64,000 nt of DNA, from contig JBNGDO010000003.1 in NCBI GenBank assembly GCA_049975385.1, positions 5,460 through 69,459 of the forward strand, given 5' to 3'. This document shows, piece after piece, positions 48,110-58,098 of this stretch. Numbering within the stretch: the first letter of the stretch is position 1; every line of letters starts with the position of its first letter. Source of the stretch: Anaerolineae bacterium. Its GTDB lineage: Bacteria > Chloroflexota > Anaerolineae > B4-G1 > SLSP01. The notes beneath the pieces were generated by a model. That model made no database searches and was not told where the DNA came from. It worked only from the letters and a program-made list of their open reading frames with translations. Made by a program: the position numbers and the translations under genes.

Positions 48110-48142
48110 AGTCCAAAGCCGGACCGGCTTTGGACTTTTTTT
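48110..48142 (+). terminator. Rho-independent terminator
   Basis: 11-bp stem agtccaaagcc / ggctttggact with loop ggacc, followed by TTTTTT. It is preceded by a GTCAAAAGTC-type short repeat. Confidence 0.8.
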
Positions 48143-48159
48143 GTTATCTGTGTGTGCAG

Positions 48160-49299
48160 TTATTGCGACGGGTAAGTCGCTGTCTGGACCGGGATCCAGG
48201 GGGTGAGGGTGGGGGTGGGGGTCTGGCAAAGGCGCGCGCGTTCGATCGTGTCGGCGGGCGCGCCCCACTGGCGCAACACTGTTTCGGCCTGGGCGCAGTG
48301 ATCGGGATCGCTGATGCCTAACAGCGCGCGTCCCCGGTTGAGGTTCAGGTCGCGTAGAGGATCGTCGCTGGCGAGATAGAGGCTGTGATCCCCGGCCGTG
48401 AAGCGCGCCTCTGCCACGTCGAAGACAATCATCGCCTCGTGGAAGCCGCGCCGCACAAGATACGTCTCGCCGAGTGTATACCAGAGGACGGCGGGACTGT
48501 CTGGATCGGCACTTAGTTGGATGAGCAGGTGTCGTAGGGCCGCGTCGCTTTCCCCTGTGGTGAGCATCGCGGCGGCACGGTAATAGAAACCGAGTGGGTT
48601 CTCCGGTTTGCGGCTGCTGTACGTCTGCGCGAGTGCCATCATCGCGTCGCCATCGCGCGCTTGGCGCGCCGCACGCCAACGGTCGGCGAAGACGTCGGGT
48701 GCCAGCCCGGGATCGAGCGTCTCGGCGATGCGTAGGGCCAATTCTGCGACTTTGGTTTCCCCTTGTCGTGCCAGGATCACGCCGGCGAGCGCCCAGGTTT
48801 CGGCATCTTTGGACGCAATGCGAACGGCGTCCCAGACGCGTACTTCGGCGGTGTCGAGGTCACCGCGCAAAAGCGCCAGCCGCGCGCCTTCTCGCATCAC
48901 GCGCCCGCGATGCGGGCTGTCCTCCGGCGTGACACGGACGGCCTCTTCCCAGGCCGTCTCCGCGACCTCGAACGCATTGCGGAGCAGTGCGAGGTGCATC
49001 GTTCTCAGAGAACTGTTTGCTTCGGGTGTCGTGGTAGGAATGGGCGTCTCGGTTGGTGTGGGTACGCGGGTAGGGAGGAGATCCCACGGTGGCGAGGGCT
49101 GTGCCAGGACGGATATTCCTGGCGCAACCGGTTGCACCTCAAAGGTCGCCGAGAGGATCAAAAGCGCGATGGCAATGCCTAACAGCACGAGGCTGACGAG
49201 CAGCAGAAGCGGCTTGCGGCGGACCGCATCTGTACGGCGGACCGCGTCTGCGCGGCGTTTAGGCGTCATCGACGTTTGCCTCTGCGTGCTATGAGCCAC
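48160..49299 (-). CDS. Membrane-anchored TPR-repeat protein with a Pro/Thr-rich linker.
   Basis: N-terminal TM (LLLLVSLVLLGIAIALLILSA) followed by PTRVPTPTETPIPTTTPE and then TPR-like helical repeats. Confidence 0.6.
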   Translation of the reverse strand: MAHSTQRQTSMTPKRRADAVRRTDAVRRKPLLLLVSLVLLGIAIALLILSATFEVQPVAPGISVLAQPSPPWDLLPTRVPTPTETPIPTTTPEANSSLRTMHLALLRNAFEVAETAWEEAVRVTPEDSPHRGRVMREGARLALLRGDLDTAEVRVWDAVRIASKDAETWALAGVILARQGETKVAELALRIAETLDPGLAPDVFADRWRAARQARDGDAMMALAQTYSSRKPENPLGFYYRAAAMLTTGESDAALRHLLIQLSADPDSPAVLWYTLGETYLVRRGFHEAMIVFDVAEARFTAGDHSLYLASDDPLRDLNLNRGRALLGISDPDHCAQAETVLRQWGAPADTIERARLCQTPTPTLTPWIPVQTATYPSQ

Positions 49300-51017
49300 A
49301 GCACACCAATCGCGCCTACAAGCATACCGCCGAAAGCGAGTGACGTTGTGCGGGGTGACGATGCGGGGGAGGAGGATGGCGTCGCGGTTGGCGCAAGGGC
49401 TGCAGGAGGTGTCGATGCCGCCAGTGGCGGTGTCGCCGATGGCGTCGCGGTCGGCGTTGCCGTTTCGGTGGCTGTGGCAGTTGGTGTTTCTGTCGGCGGC
49501 GTTGGCGTTTTGGCGCGTCGGGGGAGGCGCGTCGGCGTTAGCGTTGGTGTTATTGTGGCCGTGGCGGTTGGTTTGACCTTGGTTGTCACCATGGGTGTTG
49601 TCTCGTCGCCAGCCGCTGACTGCCCTTGCGTAGGTAGGCTGATTGCGGGTGCTCCGGCAGCGACTGCACCTTCAACAATCAGATAGGGGTTCCCACCGAT
49701 GAGACAGGGGTTGCCAGGATGATGGCATGCGCTGCCAGGGAGCGACACGGTGTACATACCGTCGCGTGCCGCCAGGCTGCGGCGATTGCCACGCCAATCG
49801 ATGAGGAGCGCCGAACCTGCGTGGGCTGTAACCTGCACGGTCACGTCGGCTGGACCACGTGCCCATACTACGGTTGTCCAACCCCCATCGCGTTCCACAG
49901 TGACGACGGCAGCGTCATCGCGCCGATCGAGTGTGGCATGCGTAAATCCTGCGAGGTAGCGTGTAGCGACCTGATAGGCAGTGAACGCTGGGCGCCGGCT
50001 GCCGTCCTGGCGCACCAGACCGAACGGCTCCGGGTTGGCGGTGTCGCTTGCCAGATCAGCCAACTTGTAGACGGCGATGCGCTGTGCCCCAGCCGCCAGC
50101 GCCATGGCAAACCCCTGGATGATATACGCGGCTTGGTCTTCCTGGGTGATGTTGAACTGCGGGTTCGCCACCGGCCACGCTGGGTCATCGGAAGGCGCGG
50201 CGTTTGTCTCGGCAATCCATAATGGCTTGTAGATGCCGAATTCGCCCAATAAGTTCAGGTAGAAACGGCTAAGATTGTATACCGTATCTGGATTGAAGTA
50301 GATGTGGAGTGTGAGCGCGTCGAAATAGTAGTTGTTTTGTCCCGCCATCGGGTCGGCGGTGAGCGTTTGCAGGAAACGGCGGAGGAATAGCTCGCGTCCA
50401 TAGTTAACGTCCCACCAGTGCGTGACGGCGGGTAAATGGATGACCATGTTTGGATCGACTTCGTGTGCGATGGTATATGTCACACGCATCAATTGGACGA
50501 AATCGTCGACCGTGCCACCCCACGACTGAAAACCTGTCTCCCATATGTCGGGTTCGTTCCAGATGATCCAGTGTTGGATGCGCCCGGCGTGGTGTGTCAT
50601 CAATTTGCGAATGAACGTAGCCCATGTGTTGTCAGGATGATCGTTGGGCAGGCGCAGCCCTGCCGGCACGCCGACGCCACTGGCGTGGTCGGTGGCCCAT
50701 CCGGGTGTGGCGACGATCAGCCCGACGATCTCGCGGCCTGCAGCGCGCTCAGCGTCGAGCACAGCATTGGAAACCGGGTGTTCGTTCCATTCACTGGCGT
50801 TGTTGGGCTGGATCTGGTTCCACTCGAAGGTCACGCGTGTCCAGCCAGCGCCGAGGGTGTTGGCTGCCCGGGGCGCGGTGTAGCTCTCCACCACGCCGAA
50901 GCGCCGATCGGGAATACCGGCGGCGGCGGCCGGACACGGGAGGATGAGAACAAGCAGGCATAAGGCGTGAAACGTTGTCCGTAAAACGTGATGCGTGATG
51001 CGTGATACGTGAGCCAT
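49266..51017 (-). CDS. Secreted clan GH-A (TIM-barrel) glycoside hydrolase with a C-terminal Thr/Pro linker and a TM anchor.
   Basis: Signal peptide. Candidate acid/base IIWNEPD and nucleophile WIAETN. About 90 aa of TPT-rich linker, then the C-terminal TM plus basic tail LAFGGMLVGAIGVLWLIARRGKRR. Confidence 0.55.
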   Translation of the reverse strand: MAHVSRITHHVLRTTFHALCLLVLILPCPAAAAGIPDRRFGVVESYTAPRAANTLGAGWTRVTFEWNQIQPNNASEWNEHPVSNAVLDAERAAGREIVGLIVATPGWATDHASGVGVPAGLRLPNDHPDNTWATFIRKLMTHHAGRIQHWIIWNEPDIWETGFQSWGGTVDDFVQLMRVTYTIAHEVDPNMVIHLPAVTHWWDVNYGRELFLRRFLQTLTADPMAGQNNYYFDALTLHIYFNPDTVYNLSRFYLNLLGEFGIYKPLWIAETNAAPSDDPAWPVANPQFNITQEDQAAYIIQGFAMALAAGAQRIAVYKLADLASDTANPEPFGLVRQDGSRRPAFTAYQVATRYLAGFTHATLDRRDDAAVVTVERDGGWTTVVWARGPADVTVQVTAHAGSALLIDWRGNRRSLAARDGMYTVSLPGSACHHPGNPCLIGGNPYLIVEGAVAAGAPAISLPTQGQSAAGDETTPMVTTKVKPTATATITPTLTPTRLPRRAKTPTPPTETPTATATETATPTATPSATPPLAASTPPAALAPTATPSSSPASSPRTTSLAFGGMLVGAIGVLWLIARRGKRR

Positions 51018-51073
51018 GTACAGTCAAAATCCTTGCGTATTTATTATGGTCGTATTTTACCGAAAGCTGAAAG

Positions 51074-51826
51074 CTATCTGTTGACGGCTGACCGCTGTAT
51101 TTTGCGGACGCGCTGGTATTTACGCATCTCGTAGTAGCTCATCAGTGCCGAAAGCAATATGCCGTATAGTCCATCGCGCCAGCCGCCGAGCGTGATGAAG
51201 CGCCACCAGAAATGGCGTGGGATTTGCGTGTAGGGTGTGTAGAACTTCGGTCGCACGCCCTTTTGCAACAGGATTCCTGTGTCGAAATCGGTGTATTTGC
51301 GCTGCTTGGCGATGAATTGCCGCAATGTCTCGTAGTTGTAGTGGATGAGCGGCTGTGTCAGATATCCGGCCGCGCCATCGAGAATGGCTTCCTCGTGGAC
51401 GGCACGGTCAGGATCGTAATACGCGCGGTCGCGACGCAGTACGCGCAGTTGATGATCGGGCCACCAGCCTGCGCCGCGCATGCGATGACCGAAGATGTAG
51501 TTGTGACGTGGCACCCACCATCCGGCTTTGTCCTGATGGGCGATGACGTCACGGATTTCCGCACCAAGGGCCGGTGTGGCACGCTCGTCTGCATCTACGA
51601 AAAAGATCCACTCCGCCTCGACATTCTCTAGCGCGATATTGCGCTGTTGCGAGTAGTTCTCGAAGCGGTGCTGGATGATCTCAGCGCCAGCCCGCTTTGC
51701 CAGTTCAACGGTTTTGTCACTGCTAAAACTGTCCAAAATGACGATGCCATCCGTCCAGCGCAGGCTGTCGATGCAGGCGGTGATATGACGTTCTTCATTG
51801 AGAGTTAATATGACTGCTTTGAGCAC
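51074..51826 (-). CDS. Glycosyltransferase family 2
   Basis: 250-aa ORF with a GT-A fold: ILTLNEE ... DSFSSD ... FFVDADE (DxD). Confidence 0.75.
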   Translation of the reverse strand: MLKAVILTLNEERHITACIDSLRWTDGIVILDSFSSDKTVELAKRAGAEIIQHRFENYSQQRNIALENVEAEWIFFVDADERATPALGAEIRDVIAHQDKAGWWVPRHNYIFGHRMRGAGWWPDHQLRVLRRDRAYYDPDRAVHEEAILDGAAGYLTQPLIHYNYETLRQFIAKQRKYTDFDTGILLQKGVRPKFYTPYTQIPRHFWWRFITLGGWRDGLYGILLSALMSYYEMRKYQRVRKIQRSAVNR

Positions 51827-51858
51827 AGGTGTTGGTCCTTAGTCCGCTCGTCGTATAG

Positions 51859-52797
51859 TCACACAGATTGCCAGGCAGTGACGATTTTGGTGTAGGCGGC
51901 GCGCCACTCGTCGCTGAGGGCACCCGCCGCTTTCTTTGCGAAGGTGCGACGCACAATTGCACTCACTAGAGCGCGCGTGACTGAGTCGCGGTGTTTGCGG
52001 TAGAGCCGAGCGCGACTTTCCCAAAGATAAGCCGTCGTCGCCGGGCGTGCCTGGTTGGTACTTGCGCCGCCGTAGTGGACGACTTTGGCTTCGGGAACCA
52101 GCCACGTTTCCCATCCGGCTTTGCGCATCCGCCAGGCCCAGTCAATTTCTTCGCAATACATGAAGAACTGCGGGTCCAATAGTCCTACTTCATGTATAGC
52201 CGTGCCGCGCGCCATCATCGCTGCGCCGAGTGGATGATCGATGCGAAATGGTCGTTCGCCCGCGTCGCTTTCTGGATAGCGTCCGTTGAAGCGTGTGTAG
52301 TACAAGCGTTGTGGGAGCCATCCCAGATCAAATAACGGTTGTAATAGGTCTGGGAAACGGAAGGCGCTGGTCTGCGTCGAACCATCCGGATTGAGTAGTT
52401 GGGGACCGATGAGTCCCGCGCGTGGATGTTCCTCGAAAAATTGTAATAGCGTTGACAGTGCGCCGGGTTGCGTCGTTGTATCTGGATTGAGCAACCATAC
52501 AAAATCGGCACCGAAACCCGTTTCGATCCCTTGCTGCTGCAGTTGGTCGAGAATTAGGTTGTTGCCGCGCACAAACCCCAAATTCTCTACACTGGCATGG
52601 AGATGTACCCAGGGATGGCGCTCGCGCACCATTTCCACTGAATTATCCGCTGAGGCATTGTCTACAATCCATACGTCAGCATGGATTTTCACTCGACTCA
52701 GCTCTTCGCGTAGCGATAAAAGGCAGCCATCCAAAAGATTTTTAACGTTCCAGGAGATGATGATAACGGCCAGGGTAGGGCCTGTGCTGTGTGGCAT
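51859..52797 (-). CDS. Glycosyltransferase family 2
   Basis: 312-aa ORF: VIIISWNVKNLL ... VDNASADNS ... a DxD-like region. Confidence 0.75.
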   Translation of the reverse strand: MPHSTGPTLAVIIISWNVKNLLDGCLLSLREELSRVKIHADVWIVDNASADNSVEMVRERHPWVHLHASVENLGFVRGNNLILDQLQQQGIETGFGADFVWLLNPDTTTQPGALSTLLQFFEEHPRAGLIGPQLLNPDGSTQTSAFRFPDLLQPLFDLGWLPQRLYYTRFNGRYPESDAGERPFRIDHPLGAAMMARGTAIHEVGLLDPQFFMYCEEIDWAWRMRKAGWETWLVPEAKVVHYGGASTNQARPATTAYLWESRARLYRKHRDSVTRALVSAIVRRTFAKKAAGALSDEWRAAYTKIVTAWQSV

Positions 52798-52804
52798 GAT
52801 TGTA

Positions 52805-54082
52805 TTATGGTTCCCAGACAGTCACAAAGTTAGGGTCGACGCGGTTGTTGACCGATGCAATGGCGACATCTTCGTGGATCAAGCCCATCCAATAGTAGAG
52901 CGGATTGCGCACGGGTACCTCAACCACTTTCACACATCCGGTGACTTGTGAGCGTTCATGAGGGGGCAGATACCAGTTCTCGCCAATCTGTACGAGATCA
53001 ACGCCTGGTTGCCCGATACCCCAGCGGAAGGGGTAGTTACGCAGACTCGTATCGAAGTCCATAGCGACGCGGAAAACACCGGATTCTTCCGAATAACCCA
53101 GCGTGTTGAAGTTTTGATCGCTGCGATAGGTCGTATCAGGCCACGGCCCGGTTGTGCGAAGATAGGTTGTGCTATCGTTTTCGACAGTGAGTGTGAAGCA
53201 CAAGGTCTCAGAGATAACGAGCGAAGTGGCTGAATACTCAACTTCTGCGTTGAGAATGTAGGCTCTTGGCAGTCCTGCATTGACGATTTCGAGGGTCTCG
53301 CTGACGATGATGCGCTGGCCCATCTTATCCTGTGTTTCAGCAAAGACAGTGTACACGCCATCGGCCGGCGGTTCAGCTCCCGCGTCGATACCACCGTCGT
53401 AGTCATAGGTGTGCCAGCCCTTGGCATTAAGCTGGGTGACTTGTTCGTCCTCCGGGATGGCGTGGGGCGTACCATCAGCGCCTTCGAGGTAGACGCGCAA
53501 CTCCTCTACATCTTTGTCTAGCGTCAGATTGATGCGCACGCGATCGTCAATGCCGTCCTGGTTGGGAGAGAAGGTTTTAGGCGAGACGGAGAAGCCGTGG
53601 ATACCTGGTAGCGAGGTGTCGGCATCCTGAATGGTCAATGTCCCTGTTGCGGCTGCAACTTCGCCATCATCGGTCTCCGCTCGAATTTCCCAGGTATATA
53701 CGCCATCAGGCAGCATACGTTTGACGATGGTGAAGTCATATGCACTTTCTCCGGGCAGTGTGAAACTGTCCACTACGCCACCAAAGTAGACGGTGTACGG
53801 TTTATCGTTCAAACTCAAAGGACGTGGGGGGCGAAAGGTGTATGTTTGTCCGTGTGTGTCGAACAAGATGATGCTGACGGTGGCGTTTCGATTGAGCGTA
53901 AACGTGATTTTAGTCAAATCTGTCTGTCCGTCGGCGTTGGGCGTGATAGCATCTGGTGTGAAGGAAACTTTCTCGAGCAGCGGTTTTTGCCCACAGGCAC
54001 TAAGCATCACTAGGGTAAGTAAGGCAACCCACGCGAGATGTGTACACACACAATGTGCATACATGCGATGTTTCATTTTCAT
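52805..54082 (-). CDS. Secreted lipoprotein with tandem FlgD-Ig-like domains.
   Basis: Lipobox LLTLVMLSACG. Two FxPN.DGxxD Ig-like repeats (FTPDAITPNADGQTD, FSVSPKTFSPNQDGIDD). Confidence 0.55.
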   Translation of the reverse strand: MKMKHRMYAHCVCTHLAWVALLTLVMLSACGQKPLLEKVSFTPDAITPNADGQTDLTKITFTLNRNATVSIILFDTHGQTYTFRPPRPLSLNDKPYTVYFGGVVDSFTLPGESAYDFTIVKRMLPDGVYTWEIRAETDDGEVAAATGTLTIQDADTSLPGIHGFSVSPKTFSPNQDGIDDRVRINLTLDKDVEELRVYLEGADGTPHAIPEDEQVTQLNAKGWHTYDYDGGIDAGAEPPADGVYTVFAETQDKMGQRIIVSETLEIVNAGLPRAYILNAEVEYSATSLVISETLCFTLTVENDSTTYLRTTGPWPDTTYRSDQNFNTLGYSEESGVFRVAMDFDTSLRNYPFRWGIGQPGVDLVQIGENWYLPPHERSQVTGCVKVVEVPVRNPLYYWMGLIHEDVAIASVNNRVDPNFVTVWEP

Positions 54083-54203
54083 TGTTGACTGCCTCCTGAT
54101 AACCTAAAAGTGTACCAGGGCTTGAACGGTAGTCAAGTCTACGAACATTTTTGATTGCTTGCCTAACTGGCCTCTCTGCGTTACAATAGCGATGGAGGAG
54201 AAA

Positions 54204-57065
54204 ATGCGCACCCGTTTGTTGTTTCACGGGGTTTTGGCATTGTTTCTGTTGCTTTCGGTTGTCCCACCGATGCAGCCGCATGTGCGGGCGCAAGAAACAA
54301 TGCCTGACCCTGTGCTAGAGTTAATGGATCAGATGTCCGCCGAAGCCAAAGTCGGCCAGTTGGTGCTGGTCGCTTTTCCGGGCGTTGACGTCAGCGATGA
54401 TTCTGAGATTGTTGCTTTGATCCGCGATTATAACATCGGCGGAGTCCTTCTGCGTCCCCAGAACGGTAATTTTGGTACGTCATTGGTTGCACCCTCAGAG
54501 GTTGTTTCGATTACGAATCGTTTGCAACAGATTGTTTGGGATGTCTCGCAAGCTGAACCGGAACTACCGCCGGGAGCGGTAGAGGCTGCTAACCCGCCGG
54601 CCTACATTCCATTGTCTGTGGCAGTTAGCGCTAGCCTTGATGGCATCCCCGTCACCTCTTTTATCTCCGATACCACCTTGATGCCCTCGCCGATGGCACT
54701 CGGTGCAACGTGGGATCCATCTTTGGTCGAATTGGCGGGTAGTGTTTTTGGAGCAGAGCTTGCGGCACTTGGTGTCAATCTTTTCCTTGGCCCTAATCTA
54801 GATGTGTCGTATACTCCTCGGCCCGGTGATGTTTCCGATTTGGGCGTGAATACTTTTGGTGGTGATCCTTTCTGGGTGGGTGAGTTAGGTAAGGCTTATA
54901 TCCAGGGATTGCATCATGGCAGTGAGGGGCGTTTACTGGTCGTACCGCGTCATCTGCCAGGACTAGGCGGGGCTGATCGTTCGCTTGAGGATGAAGTCCC
55001 CACAGTACAGAAGACTTTGGAACAACTCCGTCAGATTGAGTTAGCGCCCTTTTTCGCTGTTGCAGAGGGTGTGATAGGGGATGAAAATGTGGCTGATGGT
55101 TTTCTTGTCACGCATATCCGCTATCGTGGTTTTCAGGGCAATATTCGTCAGGCTACACGCCCCATTAGTCTGGATGCCCAGGCGCTGCAATCGGTGATGA
55201 GCTCGCCTGAGTTTACACCGTGGCGCCAGGCCGGTGGGGTATTGGTTTCGGACAATCTGGGATTGAAGTCCATTCATTATTCTTACGACCCGCGTGGGCT
55301 ATCATTTAACGCGCGCCGCGTAGCGCAGGATGCATTGGTTGCCGGCAATGATGTTCTGATGCTCAATCGTTTTGCTGCTGATAGCGAGAATTGGAGTGCG
55401 CATTTCAGGAATGTGCGCGATACCTTGAGCTATCTCGCCTCGCGCTACGAAAACGAGACAGCCTTTCGTGCACTCGTGGACAGTGCCGTTTATCGAATAT
55501 TGAGTGGAAAAATGCGCGCTTACCAAGATGATTTTTCCTGGGAAACGGTGCGACTCGAGACGGATGGACTTGCAGCTTTCGAGGAAGAGCCTTCTGTGGG
55601 TGATGAGGTGGCAATTAATGCGTTGACCCGCATTGTGCCATTATCCTCCGATGTGACCGCGCCGGCATTTCAGGAAGGTGATTCCGTCGTTATTTTTACG
55701 CAGGAGCGTTATGCGCAACCTTACGTTGATTATCAGGCATTTCCGCTGTTACAGGCAAATGCACTGCGGGAGGCTGTGCTGCGGCTCTATGGTCCCAACG
55801 GGACAGGCATCATCTCTGCAGGGGCAGTGCAATTCTTTACATTTCAGCAGTTGCAGAATGCGCTGACCGTCGAGCCAGAGGAGACATTGGTAGAGGGTCC
55901 ACCGTCTATCTCTACAGTCATTTTAAATGCGGTTGAGGATGCGCATTGGGTTGTGTTTGTAGCAACAGGATTGCAGTTCAGTGATCCGAGCAGCTATGCC
56001 TTGAAGTCTTTTTTGTCCAAGTATGCCAATGCTGTGACTGGCAACATTGTGGTCGTCGCATTTGGTCCACCCTATGAACTAGACAGCACTGAGGTTAGTA
56101 AATTAAATTTCTTCTATGCGTTGTATTCAACGGGCGAGGCTTTTGTAGATGCGGGGGCACGCGCGCTATTTGGTGATCTGGTAGCTTCTGGAGCTTCGCC
56201 TGTGGATATTTCGGCCTTGAACTACTCTATTGCACAACAGACAATGCCATCTCCCGATCAACTGATCTTATTGGACATTGTCGATGTGACCGGTGAGGTT
56301 CTTACAGAAACTGAGCGTTCGGAAATCCTCAAAGGGGGCGTTCTCAACCTGCGCACGGATATGATCGTTGATCATAATGGTCGTCCAGTGCCAGATGGGA
56401 CACCGGTGCAGTTTGTGCTCACGTATCCGCAAGAGGATATTGAGCGCGTCGTTGTTGCCGAGACTAACAGTGGTGTTGCGACAACATCCATTGTTTTAGA
56501 CCGTGAGGGGCAGCTAGACATCACCGCGCAGTCTGAACCGGCGCTTTCTTCAGTGCGCTTGCAGCTCACGATACGTGCCGAGGGGCCTATCGAAATCACG
56601 CAAATTGCATCCACGCCGACGTCAACCCCTACATCTACGCCGACACCAACGCCCACGCCCACACCTACACCTACACTTACGCCGACGCCGACGCCGGAAA
56701 GGACTCAGGAACTCCCGGATCCACTCTATCTGCCGGTGGTGCAAGGCGCTATGTTGCTGCGATGGGGGATCGGCGGGGCGCTATTTGTTGCCTTTGTGGG
56801 TTTTCTTTGGGCTACACAACGCAAACTCGGCATTCTTGTAGCTATACGCGTTGCTTTGATTGGGTTGATTGCCGGGCTATTTGGATATGTGGTTATGATC
56901 GCTTTGGGCCGTTTTTGGCTGTCAGGTTGGCTGTATCGTATCGTGGGGCGTGAGTATGTGGCCGTAGCTGTGACTGTGCTGGTTGGCGTTGTTGCTCTTG
57001 TGCCGGTAACTTTTTTTTATTTGGTGCAAAGACGTCGACACCGCTACGTTGAAGAAGAGCGCTAA
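54204..57065 (+). CDS. Glycoside hydrolase family 3 (NagZ/BglX-like N-terminal domain) protein with a TPT linker and a C-terminal multi-TM anchor.
   Basis: A GH3 N-domain follows the signal peptide. TPTSTPTSTPTPTPTPTPTPTLTPTPTP linker and 3-4 C-terminal TM helices. Start at 54204 (GGAGGAG RBS) is preferred over 54159. Confidence 0.65.
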   Translation: MRTRLLFHGVLALFLLLSVVPPMQPHVRAQETMPDPVLELMDQMSAEAKVGQLVLVAFPGVDVSDDSEIVALIRDYNIGGVLLRPQNGNFGTSLVAPSEVVSITNRLQQIVWDVSQAEPELPPGAVEAANPPAYIPLSVAVSASLDGIPVTSFISDTTLMPSPMALGATWDPSLVELAGSVFGAELAALGVNLFLGPNLDVSYTPRPGDVSDLGVNTFGGDPFWVGELGKAYIQGLHHGSEGRLLVVPRHLPGLGGADRSLEDEVPTVQKTLEQLRQIELAPFFAVAEGVIGDENVADGFLVTHIRYRGFQGNIRQATRPISLDAQALQSVMSSPEFTPWRQAGGVLVSDNLGLKSIHYSYDPRGLSFNARRVAQDALVAGNDVLMLNRFAADSENWSAHFRNVRDTLSYLASRYENETAFRALVDSAVYRILSGKMRAYQDDFSWETVRLETDGLAAFEEEPSVGDEVAINALTRIVPLSSDVTAPAFQEGDSVVIFTQERYAQPYVDYQAFPLLQANALREAVLRLYGPNGTGIISAGAVQFFTFQQLQNALTVEPEETLVEGPPSISTVILNAVEDAHWVVFVATGLQFSDPSSYALKSFLSKYANAVTGNIVVVAFGPPYELDSTEVSKLNFFYALYSTGEAFVDAGARALFGDLVASGASPVDISALNYSIAQQTMPSPDQLILLDIVDVTGEVLTETERSEILKGGVLNLRTDMIVDHNGRPVPDGTPVQFVLTYPQEDIERVVVAETNSGVATTSIVLDREGQLDITAQSEPALSSVRLQLTIRAEGPIEITQIASTPTSTPTSTPTPTPTPTPTPTLTPTPTPERTQELPDPLYLPVVQGAMLLRWGIGGALFVAFVGFLWATQRKLGILVAIRVALIGLIAGLFGYVVMIALGRFWLSGWLYRIVGREYVAVAVTVLVGVVALVPVTFFYLVQRRRHRYVEEER

Positions 57066-58042
57066 GGTGTGATAATCCATGCCAGGAGTATCAGCATTCC
57101 GGCGATTGTGAAAAGTGGGAGATTGGCGCGTAAGGCCCCACGCCACTCGCGAATGCTGAGGAGCAATGGGGCAATCTGCACCGGCGCATTTGCTTGGTGT
57201 AACATTGTTTGGAAGGCGGTCATCGTCGCTGGACGCTTGTCAGGATGCAGCGCCAACGCGAGCAGGATGGCATGTTCGACGCCAGGGGAGATGGCAGAAT
57301 TGATGGTGCGCGGAAACACCAGAGCTTCGGGCCGCAGGAATCGTTCCCGTGCCGTCAGGGGCGAGCGACCAGTGAGTAGGTGGTAGAGCGTTGCACCTAG
57401 CGAGTAGATATCGCTGCGGACATCGGTGTGGCTGTCGTCGCCCCCATATTGCTCGAGCGGCGTGTAAGCTGCTGTCCCTTGCCCCTGAACGACGGTGACG
57501 GTGCGCGCTTCATCGCTTGTTAGAATTTTGACGAGCCCGAAATCAACGAGTTTGATCAGCCCCGTGGGTGTTAGCTTGATGTTGGACGGTTTGATGTCTC
57601 GGTGTAAAATGGGTGGTGTCTGTTCGTGTAAGTATGCCAACGCGCTGCACAGTTGATCAGCCCAGTCGAGTACTTGAGCTTCGTCAATGAAGTGATTTTC
57701 TTTGAGGGCATTGTCGATAAGTTCGCGCAGATCGTGACCAGGCACGAAATCCATAACCAGGTACTCGCGGCCGTCATGTGTGAAGTAGTCGGAGACCTTA
57801 GGGAGATTGGGATGATCCAGTCGTGCCAGCACGGAGGCTTCCTGGCGGAATTGTTCTTGTAGTTGCGTTAGCATTTCTGGTTCGATGTCGGGATCGGGAG
57901 CGATCTCCTTGACTGCGCAGATACGTCCGGGGAGTAAGGTGTCTTCGGCGCGATAGACTGCCCCCATGCCACCTTGCCCGATCGGTCCAGCAATTTTATA
58001 ACGATCCTTCAACATCGTTTGTGGTTCCAGTAACCTGACCAT
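57062..58042 (-). CDS. Hanks-type Ser/Thr protein kinase with a C-terminal TM segment.
   Basis: GQGGMGAVYRA glycine loop, AVK, HRDIKPSNI catalytic loop, DFG, and APE-like TPLE. Confidence 0.85.
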   Translation of the reverse strand: MVRLLEPQTMLKDRYKIAGPIGQGGMGAVYRAEDTLLPGRICAVKEIAPDPDIEPEMLTQLQEQFRQEASVLARLDHPNLPKVSDYFTHDGREYLVMDFVPGHDLRELIDNALKENHFIDEAQVLDWADQLCSALAYLHEQTPPILHRDIKPSNIKLTPTGLIKLVDFGLVKILTSDEARTVTVVQGQGTAAYTPLEQYGGDDSHTDVRSDIYSLGATLYHLLTGRSPLTARERFLRPEALVFPRTINSAISPGVEHAILLALALHPDKRPATMTAFQTMLHQANAPVQIAPLLLSIREWRGALRANLPLFTIAGMLILLAWIITP

Positions 58043-58098
58043 ACTACTGATGATAATCGCTTGGTGAAGGTTGTCAAGTTGGAAATGGAGAATGTTTT

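Noticed and set aside
47903-48679. 258-aa minus-strand Arg/Pro-rich ORF spanning the aminopeptidase end, the terminator and the TPR gene.
   Set aside because: It crosses a strong terminator and two well-supported genes. It is low-complexity.
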